The notes below the pieces were generated by a model that was given only the letters and a program-made list of their open reading frames with translations, had not been told where the DNA came from and did no database searches. Positions 1 to 12,749 of a DNA stretch of 64,000 nt are shown here, in pieces. Position numbers and translations under genes: made by a program. The stretch's first letter is position 1. Every line of letters begins with the position of its first letter. The stretch is from Convolutriloba macropyga. Its lineage: Eukaryota. The stretch spans positions 12,710,001 to 12,774,000 of the forward strand of contig NC_134477.1 in the NCBI RefSeq assembly GCF_964194025.1. Reading direction: 5' to 3'.

Positions 1-2947
1 CAGTTTTTTTCATCAAATAGTAACGAAGGTCTATTCGTGGTCGGACCGTATTTACCGCATCTGGCCACGCCTCCCTTACTAGAGTCCCAACTTCGGCGAT
101 AGCGAAAATGGCAGACGTGCCAAAATACAGGCTTTTCAGTTTCAGCAAATTAGAGATGGGGAATATATTCTTCTTGTTTCTGATTGGCTAAGCGCTGAAC
201 AATTCGCTTGCCATAATTTCCGCGTTAAAAGATACAGTGTTTCAGATGGAGCTAAAAAAATTGAAGACGATCCAAAATATAACAAATTTATGACTGACCA
301 ATCAAACTTGAGAAATTCTAAAACCCTTTCCTGATTGCGCACAAAATCCAATGTCTTAAGATTTGATGTAAAATAAAAAAGATCAGGTATGGCATTAATC
401 AAAACAAAAACATTTTTTTTGGGAGTAACAGGGTCCTACATTTGATTGTGATAGCTTCATATCAAGTCACACTTGCCGATGGGGCAGGGCATTGGCCGCA
501 AGGCATGGCCGAACGCGGTGGATTTCATGATCAAGCATTCATTTTTCGTTGAATGTAGGCTAATTGAACGCCTAAATTAATTGCAAGATTTTAAAAATCT
601 CGACCAGTCAGAATTTTTGATAATTCTTTATATTGGCATGTTTATCTGTTGAAACGCTACAACCTCAAATATGCCTAGAAATCATACCTGACCAAAAGCA
701 ACATAAATTTAGGTATCTAAAGTGATTCATAGGTAACAGCGACGGGAGTTATCTGTTTCCTGTAGTTCTCTTCTGATAGATTGCGTTTTCGGTGTGATGT
801 ACTAATTAAATTTAATTGTGTTGTTTCTTTTAAATTAAAATTTTATCTGCAATCCTGAGTTTTTTCTCATAAGATTTAGGACTAGGATAGGAACGGATTT
901 TTTGTTACAAAACTAGGAGTAGAAATGGCTTTCGCGGCTTTTCTTTGTTTAGGGTAGGTTAAGAAGCAAAAAATGGCCGTACTGTTGTTAATCTTGCAAG
1001 AACTTGCAAGAGGATGTTAATCTTGCAAGGTGTTGCATGATTCTTATCATCCTAAATCGACTAGGGTTGACATCAAGTTCCCAGGTACCGCTGATGTACG
1101 GCCGCGGCCCGCTAAGCATGGTCCAATTAATCAAGTATTCTTTTAACAAATTAAGCTATGTTGACTATCATATAAAGGAGTGCTCAATGTTATAACACTG
1201 ACTATTGTTCAATTAACCAATCAGATTGGTTTAAAAGCCTTTATTTTGGAACTACTCAATTTTTACCCACTCCTTTTAAGTTGCGCAAACTTTTTCAGTC
1301 GAAAAAAGTTACGCCGTTTTGCTGATTTATGAAAAGAATTCTGTTTGGCATATTTTTTCTTCTGAAAATTTTAGTCATGGTTACTTGTGATCTAGGAACA
1401 TCATTTGTTTTCACCTATGGAAATAAGAATTGGGCCTGTTCTATGAATAGATAGCGCTATTCAATGAAACAAGTTTGATCCATCGTTCATTACTGTCAAA
1501 GATTTTGTAAAAAAAATTTAATATCTAATTTGACGAAATATGTTTAGTTGAGGTTGTTTTAAGAGGATATCCAGAAAAATGGAACAAAATTGAAAATTTC
1601 CGAACTGACTTTGTGATCTTATTGAATACCCGAAAAATTTTGAAATCAACTAACAAATACCAATACACTTCTTTAAATTCATTTACATAATTTGAAAACA
1701 TTTTGCTTTCCCTCCCTTCCCTTCTGTTCTTATTAAGTCTTTTCGCAAATTGGAGACCTCGTCTAGGATGAAAAAATCGGAAAAGAGAATAATTTTGCAA
1801 GAAATCTCAAAGACTGTGTCAGACATTATAATGCTAACCTGATTTGTTCAACGAAGTTAAAAGCACCTGTGTAGATTCATGTATTTAATTTTTCTCTTAT
1901 AAATCTTGACACTGCAATGAAAATTACCAATATTTGTTGTGAGATAAGTACGTTCTAGTTTGAGCAGTGCAATTCGTGAGTCAAGTTTCAAAGGGTCTAA
2001 GCAGATGATAATACTATGAATTACACCAACTAGTCTAAATGTGTCGAGCTTGCGGGTATCCCATCTAGCCCATTTTTTTAATAGCCGCCCTCATCTTCTC
2101 ATAGTCCGTTCTTGGTCTAGTAATCTGTTTAGTCAATGAAAATTCTTTGAATTTTACGTCAGGACTTGTCCTGTTATGTTATTTTACTTCGTCAAACTTC
2201 TTTTCGCTTTACCATTTTGCCGCTTTTTCGACATTTTGCGTGAAATCTTTTTGACTTCTCTAGGCTAGTTTCTCTCTTCTCTCATTCTGCTAAAAGTGAA
2301 CTTTAACATCAGTTGCTAAGCAAAGCAATTCAAAATGAACAGAGTCGGTATAAAAAATTGAAGTCAGAAATAGAAATGGGATAAACCCATAAAGCCCAAT
2401 TTTAGATGCCCGCTATTTGAACGTCGTTCCTATAAGTCTTAGTTACCACCTCTCATGCTTATTGGTGTTAATAGTAGCCCCTGAATCCTCTCTCTAAGAA
2501 ACAGAAGTATGTTCAACTACGAAATGCCATCAAAATAAATCGGACTTAAAAAATATTTTTGTACAAAAATCTTTTTTTTTTCAATATATTCTATTCGTTC
2601 AATCCCAATCATGCTTATTGGAATCAACGGCGGCTATTTTCCAGCAATCTGCCGGGTATGTTTCTTCTTTGTTGTTCCTCTAAGGCTTTAGCTCTTAGCT
2701 CTCTATAGCTAAGTTTAAATTTCAACAAATGGAGGTTTTCTTATAGACTATTTCAAACTTATGTTATGCTCAATTTAAACAAGTTTGTTCTCTCTCAACC
2801 TTATTACAGTTTAAAATGAGTCTATATTTTTTGTCAATAAAACTTAACGCCAATTCAACTGAGGAGGGTCTGTAGTTTTCCATTCAAAACCCGAAACAAG
2901 GGATTCAAAAAATTCAGCTCGTTCAACAAATAATTGGTTATTTGTAG

Positions 2948-5900
2948 GTGGACCACTACGCTCAACAGGTGGACAGTGGGGTGTTCCAGGCGTATGACTG
3001 GGGAAGCAGGACTAAGAACAAGAAGCATTACAACCAGCCCACTCCCCCTGTCTACAGTGTCTGGAATGTCACAATACCAACTGCATTATTCTCCGGAAAA
3101 CAGGTACCTTTGTGCTCACACAGTAGTTTTAAGACGACGTTCATTCGAGACAACTTGTGGAAATTTGACAGATTTTACCAATAAAACAAAAAAAATCTTT
3201 TATTAAAATTAGACGCTTTTTCCGGGATTTGAGAATTTTGGAAAAAATGAAATTTAAAATATCTAGTTGAAAAAAGTGTAAGAAAACATACAGGGAATAA
3301 AAAATGAAAAAAATCAATAAAAATATATTAAACTAGACATACAGAAGTAAATTAAGAAAGACAAGCAATGAAACTGTATTAGACAAGGAGGCTCAGTGAT
3401 GTGCTTTCGCACATAAAGTTCCGACCCCGCTCTTCCGCATTTTTGACTGAACTTTCTACCCAATTAGGAAGAAGTAGAAAACTTTCAAAAATTCACGTAT
3501 TGTTCAGCAAACCACTAATTGGATAAATTAATGCCGCATTAGATGGCCAATGAGACCTGCCTTTAACGAGAATACCAGACAAAACAAACGTGAAATTCAA
3601 ATAAAAAACAAACCTTAAGTACATCCGAAAGTCGATTTCTATATAAAAAAGAAGACACAGTAATAAACTCAAAACGGCATTAGATAAAACCTAAACAATA
3701 CCACTTAAGCTGCGCAACACAAAAAACCATACGACCTGGCCTCAATGAGACTCTGTAACAAATCGACAAAAACAGAAGAAAGGACAAAGTTGAAAATAAG
3801 CTTCGATTTTTGAAAACCAATAATTTCTAAGTGATTAAAACCGTTGGATATCAACTGAAATTACTGAAAAGTTTCATTTCTTCTTGAGTTACAATTGTGG
3901 GAGCAATTGAGACCACTTCGTTTATACCTCATGAAACATGCCAGTATCCAGTAAATGTCGCCCGACTACGAAAGAACTAAAAGTTCAGGCACATTTTTTC
4001 AAATATAAAATAATTTAACAAGAAAACGGTATCGCAGCCGTTAAAACCAGAGGCAATGCATTGAAAACATTAAGTTGGTTTGACTGTTTTTTCTGTTTCT
4101 TTGAACGTAAAAAACACCCTATTAGAGCAATAGTATCGCAAGGAAACAAAAAAGCAGCCACAAAATTAGTAGATGTCTAGAAATCCCCTTTTTTAAATGA
4201 AATTTTCATATCAAAGCCAACAAAACTTCAGCTCGCCAGAAGGAAGTTGCAACCTAAGTTTTTCGATACTAGGTATACATTGACGAAAGTAAGACAAAAG
4301 TGACGAAGTCAAAAATTTCCTTGAGTTTTTAAAGCAAATTTTTTCGAAAAAAAAAATAAGATTTCAACTAAAACTAAATCGGATCATCTTGCGACTTTTT
4401 ACAAAAAACCAAGAGGGCTTGCTCTTAGTGAGACTAAGTCGTAGGGCTACAAAATACAAAAAAAAACAAATACGGACACATCTCAAAATTTCACAAACAA
4501 CTTGACGATACTACAGTTTTGAAATCAATTAAACTGTATAAGCATATAACCAAAAGGTATAAACATCAGAAAAATTTTGGCGTGGTTCAATAAAAAGATG
4601 ATAAGAAGTGTAAAAAATGAGATTAATTAACATGATGACATTATCAATAACAAAAAATGTTTGTTTAAGTTTTTTTTCAATCTTTGAAATCATTAATTTA
4701 AAAGTCAATAAAACTTTAATTAATAATTGAAACCATTAAATTGATTCAATTAAAACTCTAGAGGACAGCTTTGTGATTATTAACGGAAAGTTGTGAATAT
4801 CTAAAAAAAGACGACAAATACTGGTAAAATCTAAATTTTCTAATAAATTCTGCAAGAGAACGATATCCCAGGCTTTAAAATCATCATCAAAAGCCTTTAC
4901 ATAATGTCCAATTTCTCTAAATGAAAAACGGCTTTTTAATTGATGCATTTAATTTTCATGTAAACAGAGAAGAGCATAAAAATGCGCAAACATTTAATAA
5001 TCACAATCTTACCAAAGCCAAGAAACCGTTAGTTATGAGTTGAACTAACAAATAAATCTAATTTTTTTCACAAAAAAGAGAAGACAGACTTGTCTTTACT
5101 TCACCATTTTTGAAAATTAACAGAAATGAGATATAAGGATGCATATTTCAAAAATTCTCTGATAATTTCTTAAAACTAATATATACAAAGTCTTTAGAGC
5201 ACTCAGATATCAAATCAAACCAGTAATTTTGTATCAATGACAACAAACAGATTTTTAATTAATGGTTGAGACCAGGTCAGTAGACTGTAAAGAACAAAAT
5301 CAGGCAAAATACAGGAAGTCTATATAATTTTGCAAAAACAAATTGCAAAGCCATAAAGACCTGATATATAATATGTTGTCTTTCTTGTTGTCATTGTTGC
5401 CGGTAATTAATATAAAGGAACAAAAAATACAAAAATCATTTGAAAAAAGATCACGCCCCATTACATTTTAAGATGAGAAAAAATTTTAAGATAAAAGTCC
5501 ATGAAGTGAACAACGCCAGACCTCATGTAGCTGCACGTCCAACTAAAACACCTAGTGGTCACAAATATTTGAGTAATAGATCAACTGGCGAACGAAATTT
5601 TACAAAATAATAAAAATAAATGAAGCATTTTGGACAGAGCAGTTAAACTAGAGAAAAACGGGCAAATTTTTAATTCAAGAGTTCTCTTATAGGAAACAGA
5701 AGTTAAAAAACCCTCTTTTGCACTTTAAGAATATTTTTTAAAGGTTTGCATTTTGGCCAAACTCAAAGAAAGTGGAGGAAAGAAAAGTAAAATTATACTT
5801 TTCTTAGACAAAGACTTGAAATTCAAATAAATCAGCAAAAACTTTACCTGGATAATACGGAAGAAACCATTAAGAATATCTCTTCTATTGTTAAATTTGA

Positions 5901-7294
5901 ATCCAATATAACTGTTGTTGATAATAAGAACAAAATTAAGCTTAATTGGGGAAAAATTTTGTAAGAAACTTATGGAGAATAAGAAGGAAAACAAGATCGG
6001 TCTACCATTCACAAAAGTTTAAACCTCGATAAATCCTTGGAGAAAACGAATTTCAAAAAATCATTTTGACTATATAGTCTACGTTAGACAGGTTTTCAAA
6101 TGAGACTACTCACAAATTTGTACTATAAGTATATCGATCGGCTAAAATTGACTTAACAAAAGAATCCCGTTTGAGTATATAGTTCCTTCCCCCACTAATG
6201 TGAGGTTTGAAAAAAAACAAAAAAAGATTTATCAGTATCACTTAGTAAAGCGACCAGTTAACTTTCCCAGTACAAAAGTGTATTTTTTTGGTTATTAAAT
6301 TCCGGAAAAGCTGTAAAAAAAATCTACTGCAGTTTCGTTTTTCATATTTTATTTCTGATAATGAAAGTTCAGTAAAACGTTTACAATACTTATTCGTTCT
6401 GTGTCTCCAGAAACTCAAAATACTCACAAAACGTTCCCATCTCATACATTTTAAGCGGAAGTGAAAGACATCATGACAAAAATTGAGGGAAGACAAAATA
6501 ATTGGAACACGAGTTGTTCAAAGTGAACACCCCAACAACAAATTTTGTGCTGAGAATTTAGGTCATTCCCAATATAGCACAGATTAAGTGGTCAAATAAC
6601 GTACAGCCCTACCCTACCCCTCCCCAATTACGGGAAATTCATCACAAAGGGTGGCTAAAATGTGGTGGGTGCTATAATGGAAAAGGCCCTAGAAATTTGA
6701 TAGATTTCAATTTTTCGATCAGAAGACATTGATTTAGTGGAATGCAGGACTGTTGAGTGCATTGTTATCAAAAAATCAATGGAATACTCTACGTTCTACA
6801 GCAACAACAAACATTTTTCTGGATCTCAAAGTATCATGTGGCGATAAGAATCTCGATTTCAAATAGTGGCTATATGATCATTTTTAATTCATGGTTGAGA
6901 CCATTTTTCTCGATCTCAAATTTTTAAGATTCGAATTTTAAAAATTTGAGATCGAGAAAAATGGTTGTCGTAGAATGTCCTCCATTTATTTTTTTGCTTT
7001 ATAAGGTTTATTAATTTTCGAAAGTACTTTAAATGAGTTATTTTAGAAGCCTACGGATCAATGAATAGGGGGCCAACCAAACACCGTTTAACCAAACAAA
7101 CATTTCATATTTTTCAGGATTCGCTGGCTGACCCTCAAGATGTTAGTTGGCTGGAATCACAACTTCCAAACATGGTGTTCAGCAAACAATACGACCAGTT
7201 CAACCATCTCGACTTCGCCTGGGGTCTCAATGCTCGTTACTCTGTCTACTCCGATTTAGTCAACTTGTTGGACATGTACGTGTACGAAAACTAA
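2948..7294 (+). CDS. LIPA: Acid lipase (lysosomal acid lipase/gastric lipase family, alpha/beta hydrolase); last two coding exons, join(2948..3103,7118..7294); upstream exons not found in the window. Symbol is family-level.
   Basis: Exon 2948-3103 (tttgtag|...CAG|gtacct) reads VDHYAQQVDSGVFQAYDWGSRTKNKKHYNQPTPPVYSVWNVTIPTALFSGKQ. It joins in phase 0 to exon 7118-7294 (ttttcag|) DSLADPQDVSWLESQLPNMVFSKQYDQFNHLDFAWGLNARYSVYSDLVNLLDMYVYEN*. Family motifs FQAYDWG, HYNQxxPPxY, catalytic Asp (DxLAD) and His (HLDF) are present. AATAAA at 7413. Confidence 0.93.
3383..6210 (-). mobile_element. Non-autonomous Helentron/HINE (DINE-1-like) element with internal degenerate satellite, copy A (lipase intron)
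   Basis: Left end: acaaggaggctc, stem-loop ATGTGCtttcGCACAT (3399-3414), subTIR GTTCCGACCC (3418-3427). Right end: conserved ~200-bp block ending gtttgagtatatagttcc..hairpin..A-run, shared with copies B and D. Internal attgagacctgtc and aaaacggtgtcgaagccgttaaaacc repeats. Confidence 0.7.
6900..6965. repeat. 66-bp near-perfect palindrome inside a small inverted-repeat element (~6791-6978)
   Basis: accatttttctcgatctcaaatttttaagatt-cg-aattttaaaaatttgagatcgagaaaaatggt, with a single G-T mismatch. Confidence 0.9.
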
Positions 7295-8009
7295 TATCAC
7301 AAAGGCCCATTAATATTATGGAAACAACACGTTGGAAAGATCTACAATATATGTTGACCAACAGAACATAGTATGAGAGAAAATATCAGACTTGTTAATG
7401 CCACTTTATGACAATAAAAAATATCCAAAATGTCAAAACTCTAATTTACACGCTGCTAAAGGTACGGTTATTGTATCTTTAACTTTGAAAATAATTTCCA
7501 ATTGAGTTCTTAGTGCGTAGCTGTTTCCTTTTCCCGAGATAAGACATGACCAACCCGAATTTTTCCTTTTATATCGTTATGTTGGTAGATGTATATGTCG
7601 TATTCAAATCTTAAAGCCATTGGCAGCGTATAACAAGCATTTGGTTCTATTATTATGAAAAATGGCTAAAATTATCATTGTTCGCTTAAATACAGTCTTA
7701 ACTAACCCGTTTTTTAACCGCAGCACAGTTAAAAGAACCCTTCTGCATAGCCTTACTTCATTATCGATTATCTGAATATACGTCATTGTCAGCCACTCTG
7801 CTTTCAGTCGTGAGAATGAATGGAAAAAAACAAAAAAATTAGTTCAGCTTTATTTTGCTTGTGCTAATATTTAAGTGGCAATTGAGAAAGCAGCGCATGA
7901 TTCTTGAGCTGATTTCACACCTTCAGATCAAAATGTTTTGAGGCGTTTCTGAAAAAAGAGAAAATTTGACGGTCAGCCTGACAGCATTAAACAAACAATC
8001 CCATAGAAG

Positions 8010-11000
8010 GGGGAAAGGCTACTCGGTAATTTACACAATGTTCTGACACCGCTTATCCACAAGTTTAGCCTAATTGTACACCAAATGAGGAAGAGGCAGA
8101 AAACTTTCAAAAATCTCACCTTTTGATAAAAAAATTAGTGTATGAATGAAATTTTCCTTCCAAATAAATTCACTTCGTAAAGTGAAAAATGCCAAATTAG
8201 TGGGCCAATGAGAACTGCCATCATTAAGATTAAAAGTAAGACAAACGAAAAAGGTCAAATATCAACAACAACAAACATTTACAAACAAAACTGAATGTAC
8301 ACTTTTTTTTGAAAAAGTTACATAATAACAAAGTCAAAAGAGCCTCAAATAAAACCTAAATTAAACAAATTAGTTTGTACTTCACAAGAGAGAACATGTG
8401 CCCAGTACTTGATGAGACTCAGTAACAAGTAGACAAAAGGAGCAAAAACGGCAAAATTAAAATTTACGATTATTTTATTGAAAACAAATAGTTTCAAAAA
8501 TTGAAAACATACAGATATCAATTTGAAACTTAAATGATGTTTATTTTCAGGAATAGCTCAAAGTGAAGACACTGTGACCTGTCATTGTCCAGCAAATGTC
8601 TTACGTCGACAAAAACGAACGACAAGAAAAACAAAAATTTTATTAAGTTTCTACGAAAACGGCGTCGAAGCCATTAAAACCATAACCTATTCCGTAAAGT
8701 AAGATATAATCAACTGCATCTTCTTTGAACACCAATAAAGATATTTGTGACCTCTGAGAAAGGCGACTAGGTAGAAAGTATTACAAAATGAAGGAAAAAC
8801 GAAAAAAGGGATTAGTTAAATAAAGTTTTGTTTTTTTTTTCAAAAGCAATCTTTTCAAACACAAAAAGGCTTCATCTAGCAATGGATATCAGTCAATTGT
8901 TTCCTTAGTTTATGCAAAGGAAGCCATTGAGATCTGCTTTTAGTCAGAATGTTTCATATGTCGACAAAAAGATCAATAAATAGAGCAAAAATATAAAATT
9001 AAATTATTTTTTTCTGAAAAGTGCAATCAAAGCAATTAAAACAATTAGTTACTAAAAACCCCATACATGTTCAATTCTTTAGACAAACACAACAGCAAAG
9101 TAGACAAAAACAACAGCAAAGTCCAATTTTCAAATACATATTGAACAAATTCGGTAGACAAAAACAACAGCAAAGTCCAATTTTCAAATTCATATTGAAA
9201 TGCATCAGCAAAATCCAACTTTAAAATACATCCAAGTAAAGAAAGCATTCAACTGTCAACTGAAGTCAGTAAAATAGGTTTCTATGTTGTTCTACAGGAA
9301 GTTGCTAAGACCTGCAATTATCCAAAATTTATCATACGACTACAAAAAGTAAGACAAATGAAGACAAAAGTCAAAAATCAAATTAATCTTATCCAAAAAA
9401 CCTGTATCGAAGCCGTTAAAAAAGGCGAAACTCTAAAAACACTAAATATAATCAATTTTCCCTGTCTTCAACACCAACAGTTTGGGAAAATTTAGAGCAT
9501 AAATCTTGGTCTCCTCGTGACTCAATCCTGGCACTCCGGTGAAGGCGCTTTCATTTCAGGCGACTAAGTCACTGAAGTGACTAAGATTTATATTTTAACA
9601 TATACCTAATTAAAACTGAAACCAAATTCCTTTATGTAGTAAACTGCTGTCAATAGAGCTTGGCTGCTTAAATTCGTGAAAGCAAGAGCAATTGAGATCA
9701 CGTAACTGAAAAAATCAAAAACAGTCAAGCAGTAGTTTTGCAAAAGCGCCTCCCACTACTAGACTGATTGCTTCAATTAACGTTTGAGAGACATTAAGAT
9801 TTTCTGAAACAAAAGATGGTTTTGCCTGACGCAAAATCATGAGCTTACTAGCCTCACAAGATGATTGTAGCGGCTGTCTTTTTTCATTTTCTTTACATAG
9901 GAGATTAGAAAAAACTTCCATAGGTCTATGTGCGAAATTGAGACCTGTTATTATCCAGACTACATGTGCGTCAAAAACAAACGACAAATTCAGACGAGAA
10001 ACCAAAAATTTCACTAAATTTCGCCTGGAAACGGCGTCAGAGCCGTTTAAACCATATTATATTCCGTAAAAATTAGGTTGTAACTAAGTGCGCGATTTTT
10101 GAACAACAATAATGAGATATGCGACCTCTGAAAAACAATACAAAATCACAAGCATTAAAAAGGGTACATTTTCATTTTTCAAAAGAAATAAAATTCAGAG
10201 ACATAAAAACATTAGTTTTCAAATGAATTATTTTGATAGTTTCTTTTGTTTCTAAAACCATTGAGATCTGTCACTATTCAGAATATGTCACACGTGGACA
10301 AAAAAAAAACAAAAAATTGACAAATTTCAAAAAAAGAATAAAATTTTTCTGAAAAAAACGTTTTTGAATTCTTTCAAACAATGAGCAATGCACAAAAAAC
10401 GGCGGCAAGGATAAATTGAGCTTTTCCTCAGTCCCAATAATTGGTATGCGACCTGTAAGTACTGAGACTAGGTAACCAGTAGACGAAAAAAACAGTAAAA
10501 TGCAAATTAGAAAAAAATCTGTACATAATTTTCCAGATCATTTGACTTCGGAATCAAGAAAAACATTACTTGTCAACTCAAATTAGTATACAGGGTCTTT
10601 TGTTCATTCATACAAAGCCGCAAAGATCCAAAGATCTGCTTTTATCCTGAGTTTCTCTTACGACTACAAAAACCACCGACAAATGTAGACAAAAACAGAA
10701 AATTTCATTGAATTCTTCTTGATGATTTTGAAGCAGTTAAAACTATAATCTGTTCACTAAAAGACTGATGGGTTCAATTCTCCCTTTTGTCTAAATGCCA
10801 TTGATGGGATATGTGACCTGTCAATAATATGACAAGATAAGAAATCTCGTTTAATAAAAACTGATGGCATCAAAGCAGAAAAACCATTACCGAAAACGTA
10901 AAGCAGTACTAAATTTTAAATATCAACCCATAAGAAAAACTATACAACCTGTCTTTGTTGACCTCAAGCTAAAATTTAAACATAAATAGACAAAAGTTTT

Positions 11001-11665
11001 TAAGGCTTAAAAATCCACTGTTTATTTTAAAAAGTCAAAACGTTCATAAGTTTTTGACTAACCAAAAGATAGGTTTCGTTGAACTCCAGAGGAAGCCAAC
11101 TGGACTTCTCATAAGTACATTTTGATAGAAATTGTTTTGTTCTTCAATTAACGCAAAAAAGCTAACTTTGCAATTATTTTTCAAAAAAATTGAGTCATTA
11201 CAATGCGATTTTTTTGGATTTTAAGGAACTTCGATGAAACAAAACTAACTTGCCGTTTTTATAAAAAAAGGCAGGATTTTGGAAAATTTAGCAATAATTT
11301 TTTTCCAAAAATTGGATCAAACAATCAACAACACTATTTTGTTTTTAGAGATATAACCAATAACACCAATTTAAAATTATTTTTAACAAATTGGCGGAAA
11401 AATGCGCAAAAATACGGAAAATGTGAACAAAAACAACCAAAATCAATCTAATGATCACAAAAGTTTAAACTTCCAACGTTCTTAAATGGAAAAAACAAAA
11501 TTAATAATTCTTTTTATTTCTATATTCTATGCTGGACGGGCTTTCTAATGGTGTCACTCACAACGCTCTAAGATGTCACTTACAGCCCTCTACTGTCGGC
11601 CAAAATTGAATGTTAAGAAAACTCGTTTGAGTATTTAGTTCCAACCCAATAAAATGGGTCGGAAC
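8010..11665 (-). mobile_element. Helentron/HINE-like element, copy B
   Basis: Left end gttctgacaccgct...ccaaatgaggaagag matches copies A and C. Right end hairpin GTTCCaACCCA-ataaaa-TGGGTcGGAAC (11638-11665) contains the inverted subTIR. Many internal satellite monomers. Confidence 0.7.
9100..9200 (+). repeat. Local tandem duplication with a 54-bp period
   Basis: gtagacaaaaacaacagcaaagtccaattttcaaat.catattgaa occurs at 9100 and 9154. Confidence 0.9.
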
Positions 11666-11904
11666 AAAAAAAAACATTTTGATTGTGCTTTGTTATGCGA
11701 ACCGGTAAAAAACCAAAAACTTTAATATAACATTTTTCACCTTTTTTGCACTGTTTTTTCTATGAACGTTCTACTTTTTTCCACAATAAAATCATTTACG
11801 CAGCTCTCTCTTTTGATGTAGTCATTTTGTGATAAATGGGAGTTCTGAGATGATTAACGTAATGTCAAGTCTGATCAATAGGAGGTTAAATTAATAATTT
11901 AGTT

Positions 11905-12507
11905 CCCTTGTTATCGAAGAATTCAAAATCTCGCAAGAATCTGGCAAGAAATCTTGCAAGAAATCTTGCAAGATAATACATTGTTCTTCCATTTATCTTG
12001 CATTATTCTTGCAAGACGTGAATTCTTCTGGCAAGAATCTGGTAAGATTTTGGATTCTTGTTGCACGAATCTTGCCAGATTTTGAAATCTTTTTTTAGTT
12101 ACCTGGCTGGATGATGATGGCAGACGAGCTAACATTGTCAATGTTAAGCATCAATATTTTAATATGGTGCTGGATAAATTACCCACAGCCATGTTATAAC
12201 CTGACTTTGGAGCTATTTCCAGCATGATTTGTCTTGTTTGGCTGACGTCCTATAAAACGTTTTAACATCATTTTCACTAGTTTTTATTCTAGAGATTTTT
12301 TCTTTCAAGATTTTTAAGACTTTTGCAAGATTTCGAATTCCACTAGGACATCTATGAGGTATGAAATCTGTCTTAACGTCACAGTCGGTTGTTTAAATTA
12401 CTAACCAGAGCTATGAACGGCCATTTTTATGTTTTGGGCAAGAATCTTGCATTTTTTTAATCATCTTGCAAGAATCTTGCAAAAATTGATTCCGGTTATA
12501 ACTAGGG
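11905..12507. mobile_element. Non-autonomous DNA element rich in TCTTGCAAGA palindromes
   Basis: Ends ccct(t/a)gttat...ataactaggg, with clusters of (a)tcttgcaaga near both ends. Related fragments at 990-1067 and 45065-45270. Confidence 0.65.
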
Positions 12508-12749
12508 TTACCACTAGGGTTACCATTCAATCAGCAAAACTACTAGGGTTTTGGTGATTGAATGACGTGTTTTGTTTCCAGTTGTAAATGAAATACATCT
12601 GTTTTGTTCTCAGCTTTTGTCCAATGTAACGTACGAGTATCTCTTTTGTCAGAGAAGACGTGTTAAATCTAACTGAGCGCAACAATATTGTGTTGTTGGT
12701 TCAACCTTAGTCGGTTAAAAATTTAAATTTGTTTATTTGTTGAAAATGA

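Noticed and set aside
12501-12550. Interstitial telomere (ctagggtta resembles TTAGGG)
   Set aside because: No tandem TTAGGG array; better explained by transposon termini.
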